Position numbers and translations under genes: made by a program. 56,225 nt of DNA from positions 1 to 56,225 of the IMG/VR virus record IMGVR_UViG_3300044614_000423; one strand, 5' to 3'. Below, piece after piece: positions 20,658 through 31,300 of this stretch; position 1 is the first letter of the stretch, and each line of letters opens with the position of its first letter. The DNA is from a virus. Its lineage: Duplodnaviria; Caudoviricetes. The notes beneath the pieces were generated by a model, which worked only from the letters and a program-made list of their open reading frames with translations, had not been told where the DNA came from and made no database searches.

Positions 20658-22277
20658 ATGGCAGAACCTACTGAAGACACAAGCGGCTACAGCCCACTGC
20701 TCGCGCAGATGATGAAGATCGACCCCGAGAAGATCGGGAGCGTATCGCTTTCGGCTCTTGGACGACAGGCGATGGGTTCCGAATCGGAGTCCTACAAAGC
20801 CGCGAAAGCGGAAGTGGACGCCGCACGCGAGACTATGAAGCAAGCGTTGCAAGACCGCAAGGGCCGAATCGACCCCACTTTCCTCGCATTGGCCCAAGGC
20901 TTCCTCGCCCCTACTCGTACTGGCTCTTTTGGTGAGTCTCTTGGTACAGCCGCTGGTGCTTTCGGGAAAGCGCAAGAAGCGGAAGCGGATCGGAATGCAC
21001 AACTGGCCAAGATGCGCTACGAACTGTCACTTAAAGCCGTCGAAGAGGAAAAAGAGGCGGCAAAGCTCGGCCTCAATGTAGTGTCGAAGCTTACCCCGCA
21101 GATGACCGCGTACCAGAAGCAAGTGCAATCCGAGGGTATTGATCCACGCTCACCGGCTGGGATACTCCGTGTAAAAGAACTGCTTGCGATCGACAAAGCA
21201 ACGCCTGAGATGAAGGCATTCGCTGGACAATCCGGAATCTCACTCACGGACCCAAGCTTCGCGATGAAATTCAAGATGTTCGAGGACACGAAGGGTCTAC
21301 GCGACATCGCTACTCGTCTGAATCTGAATCTGAACGATCCCGCACAACTCGTCACTGCACAACAAGAAGCCCAACGCGAGAAATTCCGCGCCGAAAACAA
21401 GCTTGTGGCCGACGCGTTGCAGACATTTGGTGGCGATCCGCTCAATCCAAAGGACCTTGCCCGCGCACAGAAGATCGTCGATACGAATGTGGCTTTGGAT
21501 CAGCAGAGCAAACGTACCTCAATCGCGGCACAAATCGCACAGACCACCCGGACTAAGCAAGAGATCGACGACCACATACGCAATGGCGATATCAACGCGA
21601 TCGTTACCAAAGCTATGGACGTTGGTGTGCCGATTGACCCGAAGACCTCCTATCGGGGTCTCAACAAGATCGAGATGGCTAAGAAGCGCGAGAGTGACTT
21701 GAATGAATCAGGCAGGTACATACGCGAAAAAATCTCGCCGTTCACTGCCGGAATCGAAGACGATATTCGCAACCTCGAGCGTGCTCTGAAGCTTAACTCC
21801 GAAATAAGCACCGGGTACACCTACGGTATTGGGTTCGGCGTTGGTGACATCGCGAAGCTCACTTCCGGTGACCGTGCCAAGATTAACGAGTTCGATTCGC
21901 TGTCCGCGCTTGCCGCCAAGCAAAACCGTATCCCCGGCGATTCCAATGTGTCGAACTTGGACGTCAAGATGATGCAACTCGGCACGTTCAGCTCCGACAA
22001 AGAGCCGTCTACCAATAAAACCCTGCTCGAGTTCCAGATCGCGCAACGCCGACGCGACGCTGAGTTTAATAAATACATGGCTGACTACGCCGCCGTGAAC
22101 GGTGCTATCACGCCTTTCGCGGAAGCTCAATGGCGCAGGTATTTAGATGCGAACCCGATCACGGTGCGTGATGACAAAGGCCGAGTATCGATTAATCCGA
22201 ACCGGATGACTTACCAGCAATACTTCAGCATGCCCCGCGTGCGTGTTGACAGCCAAGGACGGGAGACTCAGCAATGA
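20658..22277 (+). CDS. Putative ejection protein
   Basis: 539 aa, helical; position in the ejection cluster. Confidence 0.6.
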   Translation: MAEPTEDTSGYSPLLAQMMKIDPEKIGSVSLSALGRQAMGSESESYKAAKAEVDAARETMKQALQDRKGRIDPTFLALAQGFLAPTRTGSFGESLGTAAGAFGKAQEAEADRNAQLAKMRYELSLKAVEEEKEAAKLGLNVVSKLTPQMTAYQKQVQSEGIDPRSPAGILRVKELLAIDKATPEMKAFAGQSGISLTDPSFAMKFKMFEDTKGLRDIATRLNLNLNDPAQLVTAQQEAQREKFRAENKLVADALQTFGGDPLNPKDLARAQKIVDTNVALDQQSKRTSIAAQIAQTTRTKQEIDDHIRNGDINAIVTKAMDVGVPIDPKTSYRGLNKIEMAKKRESDLNESGRYIREKISPFTAGIEDDIRNLERALKLNSEISTGYTYGIGFGVGDIAKLTSGDRAKINEFDSLSALAAKQNRIPGDSNVSNLDVKMMQLGTFSSDKEPSTNKTLLEFQIAQRRRDAEFNKYMADYAAVNGAITPFAEAQWRRYLDANPITVRDDKGRVSINPNRMTYQQYFSMPRVRVDSQGRETQQ

Positions 22278-24328
22278 CCATCGAGCGAGTGATTAACGGC
22301 ACGATTTACGAATTCCCCGAGGGTACATCCGAGGCCACAATTCGCAAGTTCACGCTGAACAAAGCGGGAACACCCGATGCCACAGCACCTGCCGCACCTG
22401 TGCGACCACAGGTCCAACGCCCTGAAGCAATGTTGCCCGGTGCGGCGGGTCAGGCACTCCAAGGCCTCTCCATGGGATTTTCGGACGAGGCTATCGCTCG
22501 GTTACGCTCGCTCAAGGGCGACCGGAGCTACGAGGACTTAGTGAAGGCCGAGCGCGAAGGCTTGCGCAAATACGCCGAGGCTAATCCACGCACTGCAATG
22601 GCTTCCGAACTTGGCGGTGCACTCGTCCCCGCCGTCTTTACCGGTGGCGCGGGCGCGATCCCTCAGGTGTCAAAAGCCGTGGGTCCGAAGTTGGCGAATT
22701 TACTGTTCGGTAAGGCTCCAAGTATCCCTCGAATGATGGGCTACGGTGCTGGGTCCGGTGCAGTGACTGCCGTTGGTACATCCGAAAAACCCGTCGACGA
22801 GCTGGGCGGTGAGGCACTCAAAGGTGGTGCCGCTGGCGCAGTTACTACCGGTGCGGCCGGATTGCTGGGTAAATACGTGGCGATGCCCGCGTTCAACAAG
22901 ATCAAGACCTCGCTCGGATTCGGTGACGCGAACAAGGCGGCCGACATTGCGATTGTGAAGGCACTGGAGAAGGACGGGATGACACCCGACCAAGCACTAG
23001 CCAAGATGCAAGCCATGTCCCGTGGCGAGATCACCCTTGCGGACCTCGGCGAGAACACTGCCGCACTCCTGCGCCGTGCTACCGCCGCGCCGTCCCCCGC
23101 ACGTATTTTGGGCAAGTCCGAACTCGCCGGTCGCGAGCTGGAGCGTATCCCTCGTGTGTCCGAGGACCTTCGCACCCTGATGTCCGGCTCCAAGGACTTC
23201 TACACGGACGTGCTCGACCTGATTAAGAAGCGCAGTGACGAAGCCGACCCACTCTACAAAGCGGCTTGGGCGAGTGCACCGACTTTTAACCCCACTACTG
23301 CCCCCGACATCGCTAGGCTCCGGAATCTACCCACATTCAAGGAAGCGATGAAGATCGGCGCGAAACGCATGGCGGACAACGACCTTAGCATCGCCGATCC
23401 GAGAAATACACTGCGTGCTTTGCACGAGACCAAGATCGCGCTGGACGACATGATCGAGAGTGCGATGCGGGAGGGTAAGGGTGGTCAAGCCGGGACATTG
23501 CTAGAAATGAAGCGGCGACTCCTCACCGACATGGAAAAAGCCTCACCCGAATACCGAATCGCACGGCAGACCTTTGCTGGTGATTCCGAGCTGTTGACGG
23601 CGATGAAAGAAGGCCAGCGGATTTACACGCTCCCCGAGCTGGAAATGCGCAAGCTCATCGACCGCTTTAAGGATTCTCCGTCCGAGTACGACGCCTTCCG
23701 GTCCGGCATCTCGCAGGCGATGCTGGAGAAGCTTCGAGTCGCCGGTCCGACCGCTGACCCCATGAAGTCGATCTTGTCTCGTGACGCCGAGCAAAAGCTT
23801 CGCCGAGCTTTCCGTGACGACGCCGCCTTTGATGAATTCAAGGACCGACTGCTTCAGGAGCGCACGATGCTCCAGACCGAAAAAGCCGGGTTCCGTCGTT
23901 CACCACTGGATACCGACCTTGATCAAGGTGCGGGTGGGGTGGGTGCCGCCGCGAACTTGATGGCCGGACGCCCATTTACTGCCGCCGGGGATGCACTCCG
24001 TGCCCAGTTCCCGAACCTGATCGGGATGTCACCCCGGATTGCCCAGCCCACCACTGAGAAGCTTTTGACGCCGACCGCTAAAGTGGACACGGTTATTGAC
24101 AGTATCATGCAGTCGCTCAAACAGCAAGAGCAGTCATTGCTCACTTCAAGTCGTGTTACGAACGCTGGTGCGACACTTGCGGGGGGACTCGCCGCCGCTC
24201 GAGATCCTAAAGACCAGTACCCCGAGGATACCATGGCCCCCACACGGCCACCGAAGATCGAGCTATCTGGCATGGCGACCCCGCCAGCCGGTCCCCCGCC
24301 CTCTCCCTTAAGCTCCATGGGCCAGTAA
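22274..24328 (+). CDS. Putative ejection protein
   Basis: 684 aa; YEFPEGT N-terminus, QGLSMGFSDE motif, glycine-rich hydrophobic segments. Confidence 0.6.
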   Translation: MTIERVINGTIYEFPEGTSEATIRKFTLNKAGTPDATAPAAPVRPQVQRPEAMLPGAAGQALQGLSMGFSDEAIARLRSLKGDRSYEDLVKAEREGLRKYAEANPRTAMASELGGALVPAVFTGGAGAIPQVSKAVGPKLANLLFGKAPSIPRMMGYGAGSGAVTAVGTSEKPVDELGGEALKGGAAGAVTTGAAGLLGKYVAMPAFNKIKTSLGFGDANKAADIAIVKALEKDGMTPDQALAKMQAMSRGEITLADLGENTAALLRRATAAPSPARILGKSELAGRELERIPRVSEDLRTLMSGSKDFYTDVLDLIKKRSDEADPLYKAAWASAPTFNPTTAPDIARLRNLPTFKEAMKIGAKRMADNDLSIADPRNTLRALHETKIALDDMIESAMREGKGGQAGTLLEMKRRLLTDMEKASPEYRIARQTFAGDSELLTAMKEGQRIYTLPELEMRKLIDRFKDSPSEYDAFRSGISQAMLEKLRVAGPTADPMKSILSRDAEQKLRRAFRDDAAFDEFKDRLLQERTMLQTEKAGFRRSPLDTDLDQGAGGVGAAANLMAGRPFTAAGDALRAQFPNLIGMSPRIAQPTTEKLLTPTAKVDTVIDSIMQSLKQQEQSLLTSSRVTNAGATLAGGLAAARDPKDQYPEDTMAPTRPPKIELSGMATPPAGPPPSPLSSMGQ

Positions 24329-24349
24329 GCTACCAATATAGCTCCCCAC

Positions 24350-24377
24350 CCCTTCGATGCGCTCGAAGGGCTTCTCT
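24350..24377 (+). terminator. Hairpin ending the structural transcript
   Basis: CCCTTCGA-tgcgc-TCGAAGGG followed by CTTCTCT; weak U tract. Confidence 0.45.
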
Positions 24378-24394
24378 CACCCCGGCATACACTC

Positions 24395-24680
24395 AGCTTA
24401 CATGCGCATACACGAGAGAACCCTAGAATCGACTTCCTGTTCCATTAAGATGGTACGGCGTCTGGAACGCCCCAGTGTCTCGAAGCCCGCGTCCTTCGGG
24501 GCTTGAATGTGCCGTGTTCCGTTGTATCCCCCGTTCCATCATATACCCCCCTATTCGAACCACGTCGTTGACAGAGCATTCCCCCCGCGTGCGCATGGAA
24601 CGGTGGAACAGGAGGCCTGTCTGTCGAATGGGGGAGGGTGTTCCATCATGTGTTCCATTGCTATGGAACGGTGGAACAAA
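24395..24680. repeat. Iteron-rich noncoding element A (putative origin); inverted homologue of 45492-45812
   Basis: About ten GTTCCA/TGGAAC motifs in both orientations plus a GC hairpin; lies just upstream of the primase. Confidence 0.8.
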
Positions 24681-24689
24681 CGGTGAGGA

Positions 24690-24718
24690 TTGATGTTCCG
24701 ATGGCGAGATGTTATAAT
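24690..24718 (+). promoter_or_regulatory. sigma70-type promoter for primase
   Basis: TTGATG-N17-TATAAT with extended TG. Confidence 0.65.
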
Positions 24719-24772
24719 TATACCAGCCCACAGAAGTGGTGTCAATATATAGACGCATAGAGAGGTAAAACG

Positions 24773-26335
24773 ATGACTAGTCTAGTTCAAGACTACGCAA
24801 ATCTGTTCGCCGGTAACCTTCGGTCCTTTGGACAGTGGGACCCAGCGACAGGCAAGATGGTGACAGAAAAGAGCGAGGTCACGCTCCAGCATTACGCCGA
24901 CCACTTGGAGGGCCGGATGGGGCTGGGTATAGTCCCAATCACGGACGGCGGCACAGTACTGTTCGGCTGTATCGACGTGGATAACCACGGCAAAGGATCC
25001 GACGGGTCCGACATCGACATTCCGAAGCTTGTGGAAAAGATCGAGCACTATCGGCTCCCGCTAGTGGCTACTCGTAGCAAGTCGGGTGGAGCGCACCTGT
25101 ACCTGTTCGGCGAGGAATACCTCCCGGCCAAGCTTGTGATCCGGCTACTCAATTCGTGGCGCGACATGCTTCAAATCCCGAACCACGTGGATATCTTTCC
25201 GAAGCAGGACTCGCTGACCACGTCCAGTGGTGAGAAGTCGCTGGGGAACTGGATTAACCTACCATTCTTCGACAAAGACCGGACGGTGCGGTACGCGGTG
25301 GATGACAAAGGCCAGAAAATGTCGTTCGAGCTGTTCATCTCGTACGCCCAGTCGCGCCGGGTCACGGTGGCGGCACTGCAGGAGATAGCTCACCGGGAGC
25401 ACTTGGAGGCCCCGCCGTGCATCCAAAAGATGATTCACACGGGCGTCGAATCCGGCTCACGCAATGACTCGATGTACAACGTGGTAGTGTACCTCAAGCG
25501 TGCCCGCCCCGACACATTCTTTGACGATGCGATGGAGCTGAACAAGACCATGTTCGACAAGCCGCTCGGCCCGGCTGAGGCCAAGAAGGTGATCCGCTCC
25601 GCGTCCCGCCGTGACTACCTGTACAAATGTAGCGAGGAGCCGTGCAAGTCGCTCTGCGACCGTAAGGTGTGCGTCACTCGCGAGTTCGGTATCTCGACCG
25701 AGGAGAGCAAGGAGCTGGATGCGCAAGACTCGCTACCCCAGTTCACCGAGCTGATCGAGTACCAGTCCGAACCCCCGCGCTGGGGCATCCACGTCAACGG
25801 GAAGCTCATCGCGAACATACCAACAATTATATTACGTGATCCTGCCGCAATGGGTACGCTGATTTTTGAACAGCTCAAGATCAACATCCCCAAGATCACT
25901 CAAGACTCGTGGCGGCGTCGTATCCTCGATCCGCTCATCCCGACGCTACGGGTGATCGAAGTACCAAAAGAGGCCAGTGCCTCGGGCATCATTGCCGCGA
26001 AGTTCAACGAGTTCGTGCAAAAGGCCGACCTGACCTCCGATGGCACTAATACTGAGGACCGCAAGGCACTGACCCGCAACATCCCGGTGGTGCAAGTCAT
26101 CAACGGCGTGCGGTGCATCGTGTTCCGTGGTACAGCGTTCTCCGAATTCCTTAAGCGCAACAAGGCCGAGGTGATGACGGGCATGGACCTGTGGACGTCA
26201 CTGCGGCGCGACTGCGGCGCGGACCACGACAAGCTCCGAATTCCGGGCGGCAAGCCCATCAACGTTTGGTACGCTCCCATAACTGAAGATCACGAGGTGA
26301 AAGTCGATGAACCCAAGTTCCGATCAGAATTCTAA
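24773..26335 (+). CDS. Archaeo-eukaryotic primase (AEP/prim-pol) with PriCT-like domain
   Basis: Motif I IDVD, motif II SKSGGAHLY, IFPKQ...NLPF, GSRND (PriCT), Cys cluster. Confidence 0.85.
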   Translation: MTSLVQDYANLFAGNLRSFGQWDPATGKMVTEKSEVTLQHYADHLEGRMGLGIVPITDGGTVLFGCIDVDNHGKGSDGSDIDIPKLVEKIEHYRLPLVATRSKSGGAHLYLFGEEYLPAKLVIRLLNSWRDMLQIPNHVDIFPKQDSLTTSSGEKSLGNWINLPFFDKDRTVRYAVDDKGQKMSFELFISYAQSRRVTVAALQEIAHREHLEAPPCIQKMIHTGVESGSRNDSMYNVVVYLKRARPDTFFDDAMELNKTMFDKPLGPAEAKKVIRSASRRDYLYKCSEEPCKSLCDRKVCVTREFGISTEESKELDAQDSLPQFTELIEYQSEPPRWGIHVNGKLIANIPTIILRDPAAMGTLIFEQLKINIPKITQDSWRRRILDPLIPTLRVIEVPKEASASGIIAAKFNEFVQKADLTSDGTNTEDRKALTRNIPVVQVINGVRCIVFRGTAFSEFLKRNKAEVMTGMDLWTSLRRDCGADHDKLRIPGGKPINVWYAPITEDHEVKVDEPKFRSEF

Positions 26336-28049
26336 AGTGCAGATCGCTTATGATGCAAAGACCAGCCGATTCATCATCCACTCGCCGCCGTGGATGGTGG
26401 ACAAGATTCGCCGCATTCCCAATCGACGTTGGGATTCTCGTCGCCGGGTTTGGACAGCTCCTGCTCTACGGGCTAATAGCGAGTTTCTGCTTGGCAATTT
26501 TGACGCTGACGCATTTACAGATGTTGCTCGGACGGTTGCAAATACGACTATCGAACGCGTACACACGAATCAAGTAGCGGCATTCCCGGCCGTCTACACA
26601 TTCAAGACTACGCCCCGGCCTTACCAGCTCAAGGGACTCGACCATGCGTGGAATAAGAGCACCTTCGCGTTCTACATGGACATGGGTACAGGCAAGACCA
26701 AGACTTCGCTTGACCTCTTTGCCGCGTACTTCATGGACAGTAAAGTGGATCGAGTGCTTATCGTCACCAAGTTCAGCACGCGCAAGAACTGGGAGCGCGA
26801 GGTACTCATTCACTGCCCGATGGAGTGCGACACGCTTATCCTCGACACTAGTAAGCCCAAGGCGTTCGAGCAGTGGAATACCACGACCGATGGCCGCCTG
26901 AAGTTCCTAATCGTCGGCACCGAATCGCTCGCGGCTGGTGGCGCGGTGGGCCTCGCGCAGAAGTTTGTGGATTGCAGTACCCGCGTCGGAATGATCGTGG
27001 ACGAAGCGCATATGATTAAGAATCACTCGGCAGTGCGCAGTAAGAACTGCGTGAAGCTGGGTAAATCCGCGAATTACAAGGTGATCATGACGGGCACGCC
27101 AGTGGCGAACGGCCCGATGGACATCTTCATGCAATTCGAGTTCCTCGACCCGAACATCATCGGAATCGGGGATTTCTACTCTTTCCGCAATCGGTACGCG
27201 ATTATGGGTGGATACGAGGATCGGCAGGTGGTGGGCTACCAGAATATGGAAGAGCTTATCGAGCTGATCTCGCCGTTCATCTACCAAGTGCGCAAGTCCG
27301 AGGTGCTGACGGAGTTACCACCAAAAGTGTACCAGACCCGTGAGGTCCAGCTAACTGATGAACAAAGACGACTATATAAAGACATTGCTAAACGTGACAA
27401 GACGGTATCTGGAGATCAAGGAATCACCGTCAAGACAGTGCTCGAGCGAATGCTCCGGCTCCAAGAAATCGCCGGGGGTATCATCACCTTCGAGCGCAAT
27501 CCCGACCTTTACGACGCGGCGAAGTTCTCACACAATCGCATAGCGGGCAAGAACCCGAAGGTCGAAGAGCTACTCGCTATAGCTGAGGAGAACGACGCCA
27601 GCACGATTGTGTGGTGCCGATTCATTGAGGAAATCCGCATGGTGTGCGAGGCCCTCCGCGAGAAATACGGCCACGACTCTGTGGTAGAGATTCACGGCGG
27701 CATTAGCGAAAACGATCGCGACCACAACGTGCAGAACCTATTCCAGACCGGCAAAGCGCGATTCCTCGTGGGTAACGCGGCCACCGGTGGCGTGGGTCTG
27801 AATATGACCCGTGCGGAGTTGGTGGTGTACTATTCGAACTCGTTCTCTTTTACCGATCGCGAGCAGTCCGAGGACCGTGCGCACCGGATGGGGCAGACGC
27901 GGAGCGTGACCTACATCGACATTATCGCCGAAGGCACAGTGGACGCGGCCGTGACTCAAGCGTTACGAGAGAAAAAGGACGTGAGCGAGTTCGTACGGAC
28001 GAGCATCAATGACCGAAACGATCGTAACTTGCTAGGCTCGCTCGCGTAG
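26307..28049 (+). CDS. SNF2-family (SF2) helicase
   Basis: DMGTGKT, DEAH, MTGTP, GVGLN and QSEDRAHRMGQ motifs. Confidence 0.93.
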   Translation: MNPSSDQNSKVQIAYDAKTSRFIIHSPPWMVDKIRRIPNRRWDSRRRVWTAPALRANSEFLLGNFDADAFTDVARTVANTTIERVHTNQVAAFPAVYTFKTTPRPYQLKGLDHAWNKSTFAFYMDMGTGKTKTSLDLFAAYFMDSKVDRVLIVTKFSTRKNWEREVLIHCPMECDTLILDTSKPKAFEQWNTTTDGRLKFLIVGTESLAAGGAVGLAQKFVDCSTRVGMIVDEAHMIKNHSAVRSKNCVKLGKSANYKVIMTGTPVANGPMDIFMQFEFLDPNIIGIGDFYSFRNRYAIMGGYEDRQVVGYQNMEELIELISPFIYQVRKSEVLTELPPKVYQTREVQLTDEQRRLYKDIAKRDKTVSGDQGITVKTVLERMLRLQEIAGGIITFERNPDLYDAAKFSHNRIAGKNPKVEELLAIAEENDASTIVWCRFIEEIRMVCEALREKYGHDSVVEIHGGISENDRDHNVQNLFQTGKARFLVGNAATGGVGLNMTRAELVVYYSNSFSFTDREQSEDRAHRMGQTRSVTYIDIIAEGTVDAAVTQALREKKDVSEFVRTSINDRNDRNLLGSLA

Positions 28050-28057
28050 TGTATAAT
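28029..28057 (+). promoter_or_regulatory. sigma70-type promoter
   Basis: TTGCTA-N17-TATAAT followed by ACATAGAG twice. Confidence 0.6.
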
Positions 28058-28089
28058 AGAGCACATAGAGATTAGAACATAGAGGAAGT

Positions 28090-28431
28090 ATGCAAAAACC
28101 CGTAGTATTCGTGACACAAGAGGTCACGACAGCCAATTATCAGGACGTGGAACGCTTCGGCGAACCCGTGTTCCTGTCCACCAGTGAGGTGTCGAATGTC
28201 CCGGATTCCCTCCATAACCAAAAGCTCATCTCCTTCATCCGAAGCAGATTCGACAAATACGACCCCAGCATCGACTTCATTGCCCCCAGTGGAAGTCCTA
28301 TCGTCGCGGGGTTGGTATTTGCGATGGCTCGAGAGAGAGGAGACACCTTCAACATCCTCAAGTGGAACAACCGCGACCGCCAGTACACCGCGATCCGAAT
28401 CGGAGTAAAGGGAGAAAAGAATGTCTACTGA
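28090..28431 (+). CDS. Hypothetical alpha/beta protein
   Basis: 113 aa, AGAGGA RBS. Confidence 0.8.
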   Translation: MQKPVVFVTQEVTTANYQDVERFGEPVFLSTSEVSNVPDSLHNQKLISFIRSRFDKYDPSIDFIAPSGSPIVAGLVFAMARERGDTFNILKWNNRDRQYTAIRIGVKGEKNVY

Positions 28432-28858
28432 GATGGAAAATGAGTACTCCAAGTACGACGGTGTGTCGCTCGTGGACTTAGTGCACGCGATGTCTACGAT
28501 GCAAAATCGTAAAGAGGCACTGGAAGATCAGCTCAAGATCATTAACAAGGAATTCGACTTCCTGCGCATCACCAAGATTCCCACCAAGATGGAGGAGGAC
28601 GGAGTGGACCGTATCAACGTGACCGGAATTGGCCGCGTATCACTGACGGCGGATATGCACGTGTCGGTGAAAGCGGACCAGAAGTCCGAATTCTTCACAT
28701 GGCTCCGCGACAACGGGCGCGGCGACCTCTTGCAGGAGAATATTAATCCGTCTACACTCAAGGCGGCCGTGAAGAAGATGTTCCGCGAAGGCGAAGAAGT
28801 GCCGGACCAGCTTCTGAATGTGTCGCCCTTTACGCGTGCCTCAATCACGCGGACCTGA
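28421..28858 (+). CDS. Conserved phage replication-module protein
   Basis: Coiled coil followed by WLRDNGRGDL..INPSTLKA motif; GGAG RBS. Confidence 0.75.
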   Translation: MSTEMENEYSKYDGVSLVDLVHAMSTMQNRKEALEDQLKIINKEFDFLRITKIPTKMEEDGVDRINVTGIGRVSLTADMHVSVKADQKSEFFTWLRDNGRGDLLQENINPSTLKAAVKKMFREGEEVPDQLLNVSPFTRASITRT

Positions 28859-28917
28859 ATTCGGCAATGGTGCCGGGTATCCCGCACGCAATGCGTGCAT
28901 GTAACTAGGAGCTAGTA

Positions 28918-29661
28918 ATGGCTAAAAATCAAGTAGCAGTGAAAGAAGAATTCGAACTTGTAACTAACGAGATTCCGGATTTCTTGAAGCAAGGTAACCG
29001 GGGCGCGGAGAATGTCGGCACTGACGACATGATCATCCCCCGCATTGAGCTGATCCAAGCACTGTCCCCAGTGCGCAAGAAAAGCGATCCCGCCTATATC
29101 GATGGTGCTGAGGAAGGCATGCTGTACAATAACGTGACTCGTGCGCTGTACGGCACTGAAGTCACTGTGGTGCCAGTGTACTACACGAAGCAGTACCTCG
29201 TGTGGAAAGATCGCAAAGCGGGCGGCGGCGGTAGTAACGGCTTCCGTGGCGCATTCGCGACCAAGGAACTGGCTGACCGCGCAATCGCGGAGTTGGCCGA
29301 AGAAGCGTTGGAAGTCTCCGACACGGCACAGCACTTCGTGCTCGTGCGCAATGGTGACGACTGGCAAGAGGCGGTGATCTCGATGGCCAAGTCCAAGGTC
29401 AAGGTGTCCAAGCGTTGGAACTCGCTAATGCGACTCACCAACACCGATTCGTTCAGCCGCGCCTACAAGCTGTCGGCTACGACTGAGACCAACGCACGGA
29501 ACGAGAGTTACTTCAACTTCAACGTCGCGGCCCTCGGGTTCGTGAACAAAGAGCTGTACGAGCGCGCTGAGAAGCTGTACGAAACGATCCGTTCCGGCGG
29601 CGTCAAGGTCTCGAACGACTACGACGGCGAAGTGAATGAAGTCGCAGAATCCGAGTATTGA
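28918..29661 (+). CDS. Putative ssDNA-binding/recombination protein
   Basis: IPRIELIQALSP, acidic C-terminal tail, located between two helicases. Confidence 0.55.
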   Translation: MAKNQVAVKEEFELVTNEIPDFLKQGNRGAENVGTDDMIIPRIELIQALSPVRKKSDPAYIDGAEEGMLYNNVTRALYGTEVTVVPVYYTKQYLVWKDRKAGGGGSNGFRGAFATKELADRAIAELAEEALEVSDTAQHFVLVRNGDDWQEAVISMAKSKVKVSKRWNSLMRLTNTDSFSRAYKLSATTETNARNESYFNFNVAALGFVNKELYERAEKLYETIRSGGVKVSNDYDGEVNEVAESEY

Positions 29662-29882
29662 TCATGGATCCATGGAAACACCGTAGCGCTGGTATGCAGT
29701 GCAAAACGTGTATGTGGTTCGCCGAAAAAGTGCGCGACCGCATTGGTTCAGCTGACTCTGATACCAACTCGGTTATGACCGTTGGCCGTTGCCGCCGTCA
29801 TGCTCCCACCATGAACGGCTATCCGGTGGTTTACATGACTGACTGGTGCGGCGATCACAAGCTGAACGAGAACGCTGTTTAA
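29658..29882 (+). CDS. Small Cys-rich metal-binding protein
   Basis: CKTC...GRCRRHAP...DWCG. Confidence 0.65.
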   Translation: MIMDPWKHRSAGMQCKTCMWFAEKVRDRIGSADSDTNSVMTVGRCRRHAPTMNGYPVVYMTDWCGDHKLNENAV

Positions 29883-31297
29883 TGCAAGTTAACGCCATCT
29901 ACGGACCCCCCGGAACTGGCAAGACCACGGAGTTACTCCGGCGTGTGAGAGAGACAAGGGATTCAGGCGTTCAAGCTGAACGTGTGGCCTTTGTATCTTT
30001 CACTCGTGCGGCGGCATCCGAGGCACTCTCCCGGCTGGGCCTTAAGCGATCGGACAATGTGTCCACCATTCATGCGATGGCCTTTCGGCACATGGGCTTG
30101 CGGCAGACGCAAGTCGTGGACCCGATGAAGCTTCGCGAATTTTCAACAGTAATGGGGATACCGATTATTGGTAAGTCCCCGGAAGACGATGAGGAGCGTT
30201 CTGATGGAGACTTCTACCTTGACCTACTCAATTATGCCCGGAACACCTTTTCCAATCCGGCAGAAGTTTACGACATCTCGGACCGGCCGGGTACTCGGGC
30301 CGAGTTCAATGCGTTCATTCGGGCATATGCTGATTGGAAATCTACGTACGGATATTACGATTTCACCGATATGCTTGAACGTGCCGCCCGGGGCGCAGTG
30401 CGATCAGACGCAGAGGTTGTATTTGTCGACGAAGCTCAAGACTTATCACCTCTTCAGTGGGCTGTTATCGAGAAGCTCGTCCGACGTGCTCACGAAGTGC
30501 ATATCGCGGGGGACGACGATCAGGCGATTTATACGTGGGCCGGTGCGGATGTACACGGTATGGGAAGATTTACGGACAAGCACAAGGGTAATAGCCATGT
30601 GCTCTCGTACTCGCATCGACTTCCTGCTTCAGTCCACGCACGATCACAAGAGCTTATCCGTCGAGTCGCATTCCGCGTGGATAAGGAGTTTAGTCCCAAG
30701 CCAGATTTGGGATTGGTCCGAGTACACGGATCGATCAACTCGGTGGAGATCGTCCACGGGGAAGATATATTACTACTGGGACGGACGCATTCAGTCCTCC
30801 GCGAAGTTGAGCAATCGCTCATTGAACGCCGCATCCCGTACACGCGCGAGTCGGGCCGCCCCGGACTGTATCAAAATCGATACGCCGCCGGACTACGAGC
30901 ATTTCGCAAGCTGGGTCGAGGTGAGCGGATTACTGATGGAGAACGAAATGCAATATTCACAATTTCCAGCGCTGAGACAAGGCGGCTACTTGAAGCGGGC
31001 GACCTCGCCACTCTTGGTCGCACCCCATTCTACGTGGCCCTCCAGATTCCCGGCCGAGTCGTGGACTTTTACGCAGACGCTGACCTCGATACTGAGCCGA
31101 CTATCCGACTTTCTACGATCCACGCGGCAAAAGGCCACGAAGCGGATCGGGTTATTCTTCTGACCGACATGACCACGCGGGTTCAGCAGACTGCCGAGAA
31201 GTCACCGGATGACGAGGTCCGAGTGTTCTACGTCGGAATGACCCGCTCCAAGCGTGTGTTAGACATAGTAGAGGGGTACAACGGCTACAAATTGTAG
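29882..31297 (+). CDS. UvrD/Rep-type SF1 helicase
   Basis: GPPGTGKT, VDEAQD, GDDDQAIY, STIHAAKGHE, YVGMTR; start ATG 29882. Confidence 0.92.
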   Translation: MQVNAIYGPPGTGKTTELLRRVRETRDSGVQAERVAFVSFTRAAASEALSRLGLKRSDNVSTIHAMAFRHMGLRQTQVVDPMKLREFSTVMGIPIIGKSPEDDEERSDGDFYLDLLNYARNTFSNPAEVYDISDRPGTRAEFNAFIRAYADWKSTYGYYDFTDMLERAARGAVRSDAEVVFVDEAQDLSPLQWAVIEKLVRRAHEVHIAGDDDQAIYTWAGADVHGMGRFTDKHKGNSHVLSYSHRLPASVHARSQELIRRVAFRVDKEFSPKPDLGLVRVHGSINSVEIVHGEDILLLGRTHSVLREVEQSLIERRIPYTRESGRPGLYQNRYAAGLRAFRKLGRGERITDGERNAIFTISSAETRRLLEAGDLATLGRTPFYVALQIPGRVVDFYADADLDTEPTIRLSTIHAAKGHEADRVILLTDMTTRVQQTAEKSPDDEVRVFYVGMTRSKRVLDIVEGYNGYKL

Positions 31298-31300
31298 TAA

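Noticed and set aside
24395-24700. CRISPR array in the GTTCCA repeats (also 45475-45730)
   Set aside because: Repeats are 6-7 bp, in both orientations and irregularly spaced; no cas genes.
24423-24758. ORFs across the iteron elements (24423-24758, 24475-24693, 45436-45696, 45429-45647)
   Set aside because: No RBS; the two homologous copies differ by frameshifting indels, so conservation is at the DNA level.
30168-31163. 331-aa alternative-frame ORF in the UvrD helicase
   Set aside because: No motifs; composition typical of an off-frame read.
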